This document shows positions 1 to 11,330 of a stretch of DNA of 64,000 nt, one piece after another; within the stretch, counting starts at the first letter, position 1; each line of letters starts with the position of its first letter. The notes beneath the pieces are model-generated. The model made no database searches. It was not told the DNA's origin and saw nothing but the letters and a program-made list of their open reading frames with translations. This stretch comes from Octopus bimaculoides (Eukaryota). The stretch is from NCBI RefSeq assembly GCF_001194135.2, contig NC_068999.1, positions 50,177,926 through 50,241,925 of the forward strand. The letters run 5' to 3'. Made by a program: the position numbers and the translations under genes.

Positions 1-297
1 GATGCCCTTCCTAACGCCAACCACTCCGAGAGTGTAGTGGGTGCTTTTACGTGCCACTGGCACAGGTGGTACTGGCAATGGTCACACTCAAAGTGGTGTA
101 TTTTATGTGTCACCTGCACAGGAGCCAGTCCAGTGGCACTGGCAATGACCTTGCTCGAATGCCTTTTCACGTGCCACCGGCACAAATGCCAGGAAGGTGA
201 TGCTGTTTTGTTTAAAGATATTAAGATTTGCATGTCGAGACAAATAAAATGGCAGATTGCGCAGGGAGGGGGATAAGAATAGAGCACCATTCTTTAC

Positions 298-469
298 CTT
301 CTAATGATCTCTTTCTCTTTGATTTGGAGGTTACCGTTATTGGATTGGTGCTGCATCTCTAAGAGAGCCGAGATAGCATCTGTAGAAGAATCATTGGTAT
401 ATGTGTTTGATTGGTCATCCGCGACATCATATTCAAACCACTCGTTGCTAGTGAGTGGCTGGGTGGAAA
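298..469 (-). CDS. EMSY: EMSY coding exon 13
   Basis: T-tract plus CAG acceptor; encodes STQPLTSNEWFEYDVADD...TDAISALLEMQHQ..., resembling the EMSY W-x-E-x-[DE] and I-x-ALLE-x-Q motifs. Ends either at the GTAAAG donor after 298 or at TAA 294-296. Confidence 0.78.
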
Positions 470-767
470 CTGAAAAAAAACCCCAAAAAACTATCAACAA
501 AATCACATGTTGTTATCATAATTAAGCTGATGTTTGAAATAAAACAAACATGAAACTTTAATGGCGGTTTTAATTCAGACCACTTTAAAACAGAGCGTTT
601 GTACCCCAGAACCAGCGGTGGTGTCAGGCAGGTTGGTATGAAAAGGGTGAACACAGAAACTAACTTGAAGAAATAAGACCGGAAAGAAGAAAAAACAAAG
701 CGATTTACAGGTTCAAAATTATCTTTCCAGGCTATTTATTTATGTCACACGTAATTAAAGTGTGGGG

Positions 768-1092
768 AGGCGCAATGGCCTAGTGGTTAGGGCAGCAGAC
801 TTGCGGTCATAGGATCTCGGTTTTGATTCCCAGACCGGGCGTTGTGAGTGTTTATTGAGCGAAAACACCTAAAGCTCCACGAGGCTCCAGCAGGATGGTG
901 GTGAACCCTGCTGTACTCTTTCGCCCCAACTTTCTCTGACGCTTACTTCCTGTTTCTGTTGTGCCTGTAATTTAAAGGGTCAGCCTTGTCACACTGTGTT
1001 ATGCTGAATATCACCGAGAACTACGTTAAGGGTACACGTGTCTGTGGAGTGCTCAGCCACTTGCACGTTAATTTCACGAGCAGGCTGTTCCG
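768..1092 (+). mobile_element. tRNA-derived SINE (truncated by gap), same family as 21021-21400
   Basis: A-box/B-box-like head (TGGCCTAGTGGTTAGG...GATTCCC); colinear and highly similar to 21021-21350. Confidence 0.85.
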
Positions 1093-1340
1093 NNNNNNNN
1101 NNNNNNNNNNNNNNNNNNNNNNNNNNNNNNNNNNNNNNNNNNNNNNNNNNNNNNNNNNNNNNNNNNNNNNNNNNNNNNNNNNNNNNNNNNNNNNNNNNNN
1201 NNNNNNNNNNNNNNNNNNNNNNNNNNNNNNNNNNNNNNNNNNNNNNNNNNNNNNNNNNNNNNNNNNNNNNNNNNNNNNNNNNNNNNNNNNNNNNNNNNNN
1301 NNNNNNNNNNNNNNNNNNNNNNNNNNNNNNNNNNNNNNNC

Positions 1341-1505
1341 AGCAGCGATAGCAACATCAGTAATTGCTATAGTAGAAGAAGTCTGCTGTGAGTCAGCAGA
1401 ATGAGTGTCTGGCAGGATACCAGCGGCTTGAATGAGTTCTGCCAGCAATGTAGAAGTCTTCCCGCCAGCACTGTCAACATCTGTGATTCGAGCCTGTTGC
1501 TGACG
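1341..1505 (-). CDS. EMSY: EMSY coding exon 12 (3' end lost in N gap)
   Basis: Phase 0 CAG acceptor (one of several tandem CAGs); encodes RQQQARITDVDSAGGKTSTLLAELIQAAGILPDTHSADSQQTSSTIAITDVAIAA and runs into the gap at 1093-1340. Confidence 0.7.
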
Positions 1506-2612
1506 CTGTTCATGTGGATACAATGGATGAGTGAGAGACGGAGCAAAAGAAAATAGAAAAGTAAAACATATTAATATTTAAAAAATACAACAAAGAAACT
1601 TTGTTGTGCCTAGGGAGGGTCATAATGCCAATATTATTAACACACACACACAATGGTTCAATTCCACTCCTTTGTTATTAATCAATTGGTTAAATATTCA
1701 ACTAACTAATCGATTGTTTAATATGGTTAAGCAATAAGTCATTTGTTTTGTTTTTGTTTGTCAAAACTCTTCCATTGTTACTTGCAACCCTTTCAATCAC
1801 TTTTGACGTAGTCAGTTATGGAGGCCATGTTTGCTAGAGATCTTGTGTGCATGTATGTGTGTACCAGTGTGTGTGTGCGTGTGTATATCAATATTATCAA
1901 CACACACACACTGGTTCAATTCTGGTCCTTTATCATTAGTCAGTGCGTATGCTAATAATAATGGTACAATGACTCTCCCTAGACACAACAAAATTTGTTT
2001 CAACACACAAATTCACATAAAGAACATTGCAAACCACATACAAAAACGAAACAAACTGTTTTACATTTATTTTTCTACACTTACATGGTTTTTGTTTATT
2101 ATTTTTGTTATAGTTGATTGCCCCTTCTACTACTAACCACAAAAATGAAAATTTATAATAAAATCTGTTTTTTGTCACTCAGGCATACTTTGACAAACTA
2201 AATAATGTGCTTTGCTCAGGAAAAAAAACACCAAGCAAGGTAATATTTCCCCACTGTGCAGAATATTAGAAACTATAAACAATAACAGGATGACAAGACA
2301 AAGAAACACACACAATGGGTTTCTTCCAGTTTCCGTCCAACACATCCACTCACAAGGATCTTCTGACCTAAGCCTATCTATAACAGAAGACACTTGCCCA
2401 AGGTGCCACACAGTGGGGCTGAACCCGGAACCATGTGGTTGGGAAGCAAACCCCTTAACCACACAGCCACGCCTATTAACGTCTGTTATAGTAATGCTCG
2501 AACTCATCATAACTACACTAGCAACGATTCCCACAAGAAATTTAAAAACAAAAACACTTTCATTAATTGAGGCAAATAACAACAACAACAACAGCAACAA
2601 TAAAAGACTCAC

Positions 2613-2741
2613 TACCACTACCTTCAATGACTCTGGAACTGTTGTGGTTACAATTATCTTTTTCTCTAGAGGAGACTTCAAAGAAGATACTGGACTACTT
2701 CCTTGACGATTATCATGTTTATGAATGAAACTTACAAGTTC
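2613..2741 (-). CDS. EMSY: EMSY coding exon 11 (donor choice uncertain)
   Basis: TTTCAG acceptor; encodes ELVSFIHKHDNRQGSSPVSSLKSPLEKKIIVTTTVPESLKVVV; GTGAGT donor after 2613. Other in-frame GT donors follow 2622 and 2736. Confidence 0.7.
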
Positions 2742-3405
2742 CTGAAAGAAGGAAGACAAAAACCAAAAAAAAAAAAAAAGAGTAAATAAATGGAAAAAAG
2801 AAATAATGATTTCTGTTAGCAATTAATCAACGGGCACTTTAGTGCAATAGACACAGACATGTCTGTTTGGATACAGAGTACGCCTCCTAACTAAGTGGCT
2901 TTTGAGTTCTGTCTCATTGCATGACACATTCAGAAAAACATCTTCAGTAGATTCAGTGAGTGAAATTGGTAGACAGAAACTGTGTGGAAGCCAATCACAT
3001 ATGTAAATAGACATTCTTTTATTGTTTTGCTTGCTTCAGTCATTGGACTGCAGCCGTGTTGAGGCACCACCTTGAAGAGTTTAGTCAGTCAAACAAACCC
3101 CAGTATTTGTTTCTAAGTTTGATACTTATTCTCATCATCTGGCACAAAATCACATCCTCCAATGCCTCCTCCCCTCTCAAAGATTCCTTGGTGACCCTGC
3201 CAGTGCAGATGCCACGTAAAATGCATCCAGTCCACACTGTCAAGTGTGGACTGGATGCATTTATGTTTTTTTATGTTTTTACTGACAGAACATTGGACTT
3301 CAGTAAGAAAACAAGATCAAGACACAAGGTTAGATGCTCTGATAATATGAATTAGTAATGGTAAAATTAAGATTATGATGAAATTGTGAGATGAACTCTA
3401 CATAC

Positions 3406-3491
3406 CGTTCCTTTTGTGATGCTAGTGGAAATTGGGACTGGTGATCTTTTAGGTGGAGCTTTCGTCACCACAATAACATTAGGTCGGCTTA
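3406..3491 (-). CDS. EMSY: EMSY coding exon 10
   Basis: TTTAG acceptor and GTATGT donor; encodes (V)SRPNVIVVTKAPPKRSPVPISTSITKGT, matching the EMSY KPNVIVV motif; phase 1 to 0. Not in the ORF track. Confidence 0.88.
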
Positions 3492-5150
3492 CTAAAGACA
3501 GAAGAAAAAAAAACAAAAGTTAAATAGAAAAGAACTGAAATTTAAAAAATATAACCAGCAAAAAAAAAAGTAACTCATATTCTTAAATGACTAATATTTC
3601 AAATCAATAATTTTCAAGTCATGTGCAGTGTCCATTACCTGAATATTCAGTGAGTAACAAGTGAAATTTCAAAATGAAGCTGAAATCATATTCTAAGCAA
3701 CCAGCATATTACTATTTCCTATACAGAAAGATGCAAGTGTGGCTATGTGATTAAGAAGCTTGCTTCTCAACTATGTGGTCCTGGGTTCAGTCCCTCTGCG
3801 CAAGTGTCTTCTACTATAGCCCTGGGTCAACCAAAGCTTTTCGAGTGGATTTGATAGATGGAATTTAAAAGAAACCCATTGTGTGTATGGGGGAGGGGAG
3901 AGTGTTCCCTTGTCTTCACATCACATGATGTTTGTAAATAAGCGCATTGTATTTCACCAGCCTCTTGTGAAAAACATGTCTGGCCATGGGGAAACATTAC
4001 CATGATAAGAAATAGGTGAAGGTTAACAACAGGAAGGGCATCTGACCACAGAAAATATGCCTCAACAAATTCTGCCTGACCCATGCAAGCATGGAAAAGT
4101 GGACATATAATAATGATGATGTTGACACAGTCACACATGCAAACATACAGAACTGAAATCTAACACCAAAGAAGCAGACTTTCTTTTCAACCTCCTGCAG
4201 CCAAAGAAAGGTCCACAGTTAAAGCCATCATAAATACCACTACTACCACTACTACCACTACTACCAGTAATTCGGTTACTCCATTCATGGCAGTGTTTCC
4301 ACTGCTACAACACCACTGCCATCATCATCCTTTTAATGCCCACTTTTCCATGTGTCAGACTGATCTTCTACAATCAGATGCCCTTTCTGTCATCAACCTG
4401 TACCTGTTTCCAAGTGAAGTAATGTTTCTCCCATGACCAAACATGTTTTCAAGGACAACTGGAAGTGAAAGACTGCATGATGGTGACATTTGTTTACAAT
4501 TATCAGATGAAGTTAAGGCATGGAGATATCATCACCATCATCATCCTTTAATGTTCATTTTCCATGCTGGCATGGGTTGGACAGTTTGGCAAGTTAGAGA
4601 GCTGCACTAGGTTCCAGTCTGATTTGGCTTGGTTCCTATGGTTGGATGCCCCTCCTAATACCAACCACTTTACAGTGTGTGCTGAGTGCTTTTAACATGG
4701 CACCAGCATAAATGAAAGGTTTCTTTCAGTTTGACTACCAAATCCATAGGCTTTGGTTGACCAAGGATAATAGCAGAAGACAGTGACCCTAAGTACCACA
4801 CAGTGGGATTGAGCCCAAAACTACATAGTATACACATACACACATAAATATATACAAAAAATGCATGCATGCACACACACACACACACAAACATGGTTCT
4901 GACTATACAGCCACAAATTAAGATAGCAACTTCACCCACAAAAACTAGAGCCAGCAATAACGATTCTGCCAGTAATTTTGAGGGGAGGGGGAAAGTTGAT
5001 TACACTAACCCCTCCCCCTCCCCCGAACTAACTCACTGCCCTATCAACAAGTACAGCAGCAACAACAACAAACTCTAACAAACACAAAAGAAAATAATTA
5101 TTGGGGGGAAAAAAGGGGGAGGAAAAAAAAAAGCATGATTGCAAACTAAC

Positions 5151-5294
5151 CAGTTCCACCGGTGCTGGATTTGACTGCTGTTAGATGCAAAGTTTTGGGA
5201 TTCACAGTCACTACATTAGCTGTCTTTGTCGTTGTAATCACCTTCCCACCTGGAGCATTGATGTTCAGGATTTTGCTGTTGCCTGCTTGGCTCA
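5151..5294 (-). CDS. EMSY: EMSY coding exon 9
   Basis: Pyrimidine tract plus CAG acceptor, GTTAGT donor; encodes VSQAGNSKILNINAPGGKVITTTKTANVVTVNPKTLHLTAVKSSTGGT; phase 1-1. Confidence 0.82.
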
Positions 5295-7034
5295 CTGCCG
5301 CAAAGTGGAATGGAATAGAAAAGCGGTAGGGGGAGAAAGAAAAAAGGTGAAAAAAAAAGGAGAAAAATAAAGACAAGGGAAACACAGGTACAGAATGTGT
5401 GAGACAAAGAGGAAAATAAAAAATAGAAAATTACTTTCTGGTGGAAATTGTACCATTTTGTTTTTATTTATATTTTCAACCCTTTCGCATTCAGATTACT
5501 CTGTCAAATGTAATGCTTATTTATTTGCATTGTTTTTGAATTAATTATGCATTACCTTGTACCTTCAAGATTTCCATGATGTGATTGTTTATTTTTAGAA
5601 TGACAATTGTGGGGTAGATATATGAGAGGCCAGATATGGCTGGTTTGACAATAAAACAGGCAGAATATCTGAGCCAGATACAACTGGTTTAAACTGCTAA
5701 CAAGTTAAATATGGTTTCCTGGTCTAACATGAGACCATTGGGATTTCAAATTCAAACTTCTAATCCTGTTAATTATGAAGAAATGATTATCTCGCTTGTA
5801 CTAACACCTCCATGTGTTAGATTTCTTTTTGTACTTTTGTGTAAAAACCAGAGAAACTATTACACTAAGATTTTTCATTTTTTCAAAAGAAAAAAAGGCA
5901 TGGTTGCATGGTTTTTGCAAGACATCAAACAAAAAGAAACTATGATTCATACATGGGTCGCTGCAAGTCTCTGCATTCTATATTAATAACTCAAGACTGG
6001 GACTGCCAGCAAAGTAGACTGAGTGTTTTCCATAAAACTAGGCATCTGTCATATCAAATAGTGGTGGTGGTGGTGGTGGTGGTGGGGTCACTTCCACCTG
6101 TCTGTGTTAACAAAAAACAGTGACGCCATGCAGAGGAAGGTATAGCAGAAAAGTTGTACATCTAAATATCCAAATAAGTGATTTTCAGATCTTCAGAGCT
6201 AAATACTGATTGTGAAACAGAAGTTCAATCTGCTGACAACCAGGTAGACTGAAGTAAATATAATTATGTACCTTGTTTAGGAATGTGGTACTTGGAACTG
6301 AGGTAAAATGGAAAAATATTAAGACTATGTAGTCGGCAGTGTGGTAAATTAACATCATAGCTATCCGTGCCTCATATGAACCCATACCATACTAAAGAAC
6401 AACCTCAGGAAGCTGAACCTTTCAGATGAAATAGCAAAGGAGCGAGATACCTGACACCTAACTGTACTCAAAGAGAACTATACCCTGCAGCAGAAGTGTT
6501 AAGACTGATCCTTCAGCTGGTGTAAAGAACTTGTAGCAGTGCAACATAAAAACGCCCAAGTGGTGCACATGTGTGGCGTCACGTATAAGTGTTTATGCGG
6601 TGCCATGTAAAAGGCTTGAACATTTCCACAGGATTATAGGGGGGAGAAGTGGAGGTTATTGGGAGTGGGGAAGCACAGTGACCTGTGAGTTTTAATTGTC
6701 TCCGTTTGACATCCTTAGTATTTGAACTAAAGATATAACGACATAACACAAGGCATTTCCTCTGACAGACTACCAGTTCTGCTAACCAACTGCCAGCATA
6801 GCAACAAAAAAGGGAGTCACAAAGGTAGCTATAGACAGAATGGAACGATAAATCTGAGTCCTGCAAATGTGAAGTTTAGATGGTATTGATGCTCCTACAG
6901 CTCTACATAACTAAGCACTGAAAAGTAAACAAGGTCTGAAATCAAGAGTAATTAAGGCACCTTGTTTCTTGATTTACTAATTTGTACTCTTTATTGAGAT
7001 AGAAAGAAAGTTAAAAAGAGCGTTGATGAAATAC

Positions 7035-7193
7035 CTGAAATAGTGGACACAGGCCTAGTCACCATAGAAACTGTAGTGGCAGTAGTAGTTGTGGAGACTC
7101 CACTAACAACTACCACTGGTGTCCCAGATTGGGTTGGCTTGGGTAATATTTTACTACCAGTGGGTGGGACACTCTGGGTTATTATCTTCATGC
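7035..7193 (-). CDS. EMSY: EMSY coding exon 8
   Basis: TAG acceptor and GTATTT donor; encodes (G)MKIITQSVPPTGSKILPKPTQSGTPVVVVS..., matching the EMSY KIITQ and SKILPKP motifs; phase 1-1. Confidence 0.88.
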
Positions 7194-7316
7194 CTAGGGA
7201 TAAATGGACAAATAAATAAATATTAGATAAAATATAAAGAGAGGTTTATATACACACACACACATACACAAAGAGAAAAGAATCATGTATGTATACATAT
7301 TGGCCCAATAGCTTAC

Positions 7317-7449
7317 CTCCTTCATGCTTAATCTGGATTGCTGACTTTGTGGTTGGTTTTATTTGGATACTCTGTACAGACTGGTTTCCTTGGGGAGAAT
7401 GTAATGGTTGCTGGCCAACAGGGATCACAACGCCAGGTTTTTGACCAAA
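7317..7449 (-). CDS. EMSY: EMSY coding exon 7
   Basis: CACAG acceptor and GTAAGC donor; encodes FGQKPGVVIPVGQQPLHSPQ...SAIQIKHEG; phase 0 to 1. Confidence 0.87.
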
Positions 7450-7658
7450 CTGTGAAAATATTAAGAGAAGCATAACAGTAAAAGATAACATGCAAAACAC
7501 AACATTTACTGATATGACTGGTACTTTATTTAGGATGATCTAGTGGGAGACAGAGGACATGACAATACCAGTGCCTCAAGCCATATTGGCTTAATGCATT
7601 TTAACCATTTAATGCACACAAGTTTGTCACATTAATATTATATTAAAATTCCCTTTAA

Positions 7659-7877
7659 CCTTTCAGCATGCAGATTATTTTATCAAACGTAATGCTTATT
7701 CATTCATATGGTTTTGAATTAATCATATATTTATCTTGTAGTTTTGAGATTTGGGTGATTGATTGTTTATTTTTAGAATGACATTGCAGGATAGGTGAGA
7801 AAAACCAGATCTGACCACTTTGAACATAAAAAAGTAGAATATTTGGGTCGGATATGGCTGGTTTAAATGCTAAAGGG
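7659..7877. mobile_element. piggyBac-type MITE
   Basis: CC(C)TTT..AAAGGG termini flanked by TTAA on both sides; related copies near 5465-5710 and 35750-35956. Confidence 0.75.
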
Positions 7878-7947
7878 TTAAATAATTTAAATGCATTGGG
7901 GCCTTTCAGTGTCCTTCTACAATCTGTTCACAGGTACTTAGTTAAAA

Positions 7948-7997
<50 letters not shown>

Positions 7998-8057
7998 CAA
8001 TTTAATCAAATAATAAGAGAGATAAAAGATTATAAGCAAATAAATAAAATAGTTTAC

Positions 8058-8167
8058 CTGAGGGAGCTTCTGTCTTGGAACTGATTTTGGTCTGGGTTTA
8101 GAAATGTTTATAGATGATGGTAAAAATGCTGCAGAAGGAGTACCAAGAACAGCAGTTGTATTTGTTG
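8058..8167 (-). CDS. EMSY: EMSY coding exon 6
   Basis: TTTTCAG acceptor and GTAAAC donor; encodes ATNTTAVLGTPSAAFLPSSINISKPRPKSVPRQKLPQ; phase 1 to 0. Confidence 0.82.
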
Positions 8168-8305
8168 CTGAAAACAAAATAGAAATTTCTATTCAGAGAG
8201 AGAGAGAGAGAAGGAAAATAAAGAGAAAAAAGAGGATTCAAGAAAAAAGAAAAAAAAAAAAAGACACTGATAGAGCAATCAGCAAATAATACTGCAGAAA
8301 CTCAC

Positions 8306-8549
8306 AGGTAGACTTTGAAGACGTATTTGATGTAGTGACCACAGTGATGATGTTTCCAAGGTTACCATTGGAGATGGAAACACTTCCAGGACTTGTGTTT
8401 GTGCTAGGCATCACAATGGACATCTTTGGATGACCACTGCCACTGGTCGTCATTGTTGGGATTGTTTTAACAAGAGGCAAAGAAATGGACTTTGGTAATA
8501 CATTAGGGCCAGTGCTTGAACCAGAACCAGAAGTGGACACCAATATCAC
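8306..8549 (-). CDS. EMSY: EMSY coding exon 5
   Basis: CAG acceptor and GTGAGT donor; encodes VILVSTSGSGSSTGPNVLPKS...; the junction reads TQK|VILV as in EMSY; phase 0 to 1. Confidence 0.88.
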
Positions 8550-9658
8550 CTGTAGGATGGGAAAAATAAAAATTAGGCCTCTAAGAACATAGAATGTTCT
8601 ACAAAGAAATGGTACATCACAAGCATATTCTAAAATGGCCTGATATATATTTCCAACAGCTAAGTGAAGTCATTGTTGTTTTAGCATTTACTTTTTCACA
8701 CCTGCATGGGTCAGACAGAACTTGATAAGGCAAATTTCCTTGGCTGGATGCTCTTCTTGTCATCAACGGTTACCTGTTTCTCAGCAAGGTAGTATTTCAG
8801 CATGGAAAACAGGAACTGCACAACATTACTTCTATGACAGTGATGCCCATTTACGGTCATCACACGGAGTGGAGGCAAGAGTACACACAATACACGTGTA
8901 TAGGATGAACTTCTTTTAGATTCTGTCAACCAAGTCCCCTCACAAGGTTTTGCTCAATCTGGGACTATGGTAGAATACACTTGCCCAAGGTGCTGTGCAG
9001 TGGGACTGAACCCTAGATCACATGGCTGAGAAGAAGCCATACCTGCACCTAGTAAGATGTGAAATTACATGAGTTATCCAGAAACTTAATGGGCATAACT
9101 GCATCACACATGAACAACCTTTGTACTCTTGAGTCCCATTGTCTATAAGGCTACGTTGCCTCAGTGTATCAACAGTTGAGGAACAGGTAATTCATAAATG
9201 AAAAGCAGGTAAATTTATCATCAAATTGTTTCTTAAACAAGTTAAAGTTTCTGTAATTAGGATCAACTCAGCATGCAAGTGATAGAAAATGGGGAAGAAT
9301 TTACTAAAACAACAGAGAATTTTTGACAATCTTGAGGTATAATTAAGATAAGACAAATAAAATATGCAGGCATTTCATGAAAGGACATCAACAACAATAC
9401 GAGACATAACATTTCTCTTTCAATAGAGTATGCTGACACACCTAATGTTCTACAGACTGTATTTCAAATATGCTACCAACAGACTAAATGACATTAATGT
9501 AGATACTAAGTGGCACTGTTGTGGACACAAATTAGCACAAATGTAGATAATGTACAAGTAAGAAAGGCTAAGTTTCACAACCACACATCTCTGTGCTTGT
9601 ACACACATAAACACCTTTCTCTCTAAGCTAAAAAAAAAAAAAAGAGTAACGTCCTTAC

Positions 9659-9897
9659 TTTTTGGGTTTGCGTTGCAACAGCGCTGGTGTTTTGGCTTCT
9701 TGTCTGAGAGTTCTTGCTGATGGTGATCTTGACGGGAGACATACCTTGCAGGGTGTTTGATGACGTTGAAGAGGAGGCGGATGCAGTGGTAGCACGGGGT
9801 GTCTGGGTTCCAGCACAGACTGAACTTATATTATCCACCGACATGCTTCTTTTCTTCCGACTGCACGTTTCTTCTTCATCTTCAGGAATAACACCCC
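9659..9897 (-). CDS. EMSY: EMSY coding exon 4
   Basis: Encodes GVIPEDEEETCSRKKRSMS...MSPVKITISK...TQTQK; the DEE/RKKR and MSPVKIT motifs are EMSY-like. AAG acceptor after a pyrimidine tract, GTAAGG donor; phase 1 to 0 fits both neighbours. Confidence 0.85.
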
Positions 9898-10199
9898 CTT
9901 GTAAAAGATAATAGAAGCAATATTGGTTAACATAAACAAACAACAAATATATATTTTTATCTTTTATTAGTTTCAGTCATTAGACTGTGGGCATGTTGGG
10001 GCACCATCTTGAAGAACCTTTCAGTCGAATGTATCAGCCCCAGTAGTTATATTTCTTCTAAGCATGGCACTTATTTTCTCAGTCTCTTTTGCTGAACTGC
10101 TATATTACAGGGCTGTAAACACACCAGCACCAATTGCCAGGCAGTAATGGGGAACACACAAACACACACATATATATATAATGCTGCTCCTCTAAATGG

Positions 10200-10390
10200 A
10201 AACCTTACCTGTCATTGTGGTTTTGTGGCACAAAGCAAAGCAGGCCTTGCCATCCACTCAAGAAAACACATAATAAATGATCCACAAGCACTCAAGCAAA
10301 CTGAGTCCTCTACTTGTTCCATTTACCAAACGGTTTGCATGGCACCAGTAGGCCTCAAGAGACCCATTTGTGTCCATAGAACATGATTAC
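10200..10390 (+). mobile_element. LINE 3' end with degenerate C-terminal zinc-finger-like repeats
   Basis: CHCGFVAQSKAGLAIHSRKH followed by a second decayed copy resembles the CxxC..S..GL..H.R.H tail of RTE-X/L2-type ORF2. Confidence 0.45.
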
Positions 10391-11154
10391 CACTTCAGTT
10401 CAGTTCCACTACATGGCACCTTGGACTGACCAAAGCCTTGTGAGTGGATTTGGTAGACGGAAACTGAAAGAAGCCTGTCATATGTATGTGTGTGTTTGAT
10501 CTATCCCCACACCGATTGACAACCTGTGCTGGTGTGTTTACACCCCCTTAACTTAGCAATTCAGCAAAGAAACTGATGGAATAAGCACCAGGCTTAAAAA
10601 AAACAAAAAATACAGGGTTGATACATTCAACTAAAAATTCTTCAAGATGGTGCCCCAGCATGGTCGTAGTTGAATGACTGAAACAAGTAAAAGATAAAAG
10701 TCACACCAATGAAATCTCAAAGCTAGAAGATAATGTATGCTTAATTCAAAGCAATCATCATCATCATCATCATTATTTAACATCTGCTTTCCATGCTGGC
10801 ATGGGTTGGACAGTTTGACAGGAGCTGGCCAAGTAGAAGACAGCATCAGACTGTCTGTTTTGGTATGGGTTTTACAGCTGGATGCCTTTCCAAACACCAA
10901 CCACCCCAAAGAGTGGACTGAGTGCTTTTTACATGGCACCAGCACAGGCGAGGTCAGTTTTGGCATGGTTTTTACAGCTGGATGCCCTTCCAAGTGCTAA
11001 CTTCACAGTGTAGACTGGATGCTTTTTTTTACAATGTCAATAAATAAGCATTACAACTGACTGAGTAATCTGAATGCTAAAGGGTTAATTACTGGTGCTG
11101 AGCAAGAAAGCATTTTGCATATGAAAAGAAAAAGGGGAAAAGATATTGACTTAC

Positions 11155-11330
11155 AATCTTTGTTACCAGTGTGCATAGGATTGGGCATTGCAGCATTCTT
11201 CTCCACCTGTAGGTTAACTGCTTGATTAGCAGTGACAGTGAAAGCCGTCTGTGGGACTAAGCGAGGCATCAAAGGGATAAGACGCCGGCCTTCAATCAGC
11301 CAGTCAGCATCTGTACTTGGCCCACACATT
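11155..11330 (-). CDS. EMSY: EMSY coding exon 3 (contains RLIPLMPRLVPQTAF motif)
   Basis: TTTCAG acceptor and GTAAGT donor; encodes MCGPSTDADWLIEGRRLIPLMPRLVPQTAFTVTANQAVNLQVEKNAAMPNPMHTGNKD; phase 2 to 1. Confidence 0.95.

Noticed and set aside
770-845. tRNA-like sequences (also 21021-21090)
   Set aside because: They are SINE heads: they continue into the SINE body and lack a complete cloverleaf.
2460-2612. Continuation of ORF 2175-2822 (LLLLLL...SVVMMSSS) as EMSY coding sequence
   Set aside because: It follows a strong GTGAGT donor, crosses a (TTG)n microsatellite and runs into a SINE; most likely intron.
6579-6866. Minus-strand ORF inside an EMSY intron as a possible extra exon
   Set aside because: The available acceptor gives the wrong phase (stop after 11 codons); KRRQLKLTGHC resembles a LINE RT C-terminal remnant.
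7950-7995. (TAA)n, (TA)n, (GATA)n and (CA)n runs throughout the window
   Set aside because: Ordinary microsatellites; poly-N, poly-I and YI-repeat ORFs derived from them are spurious.
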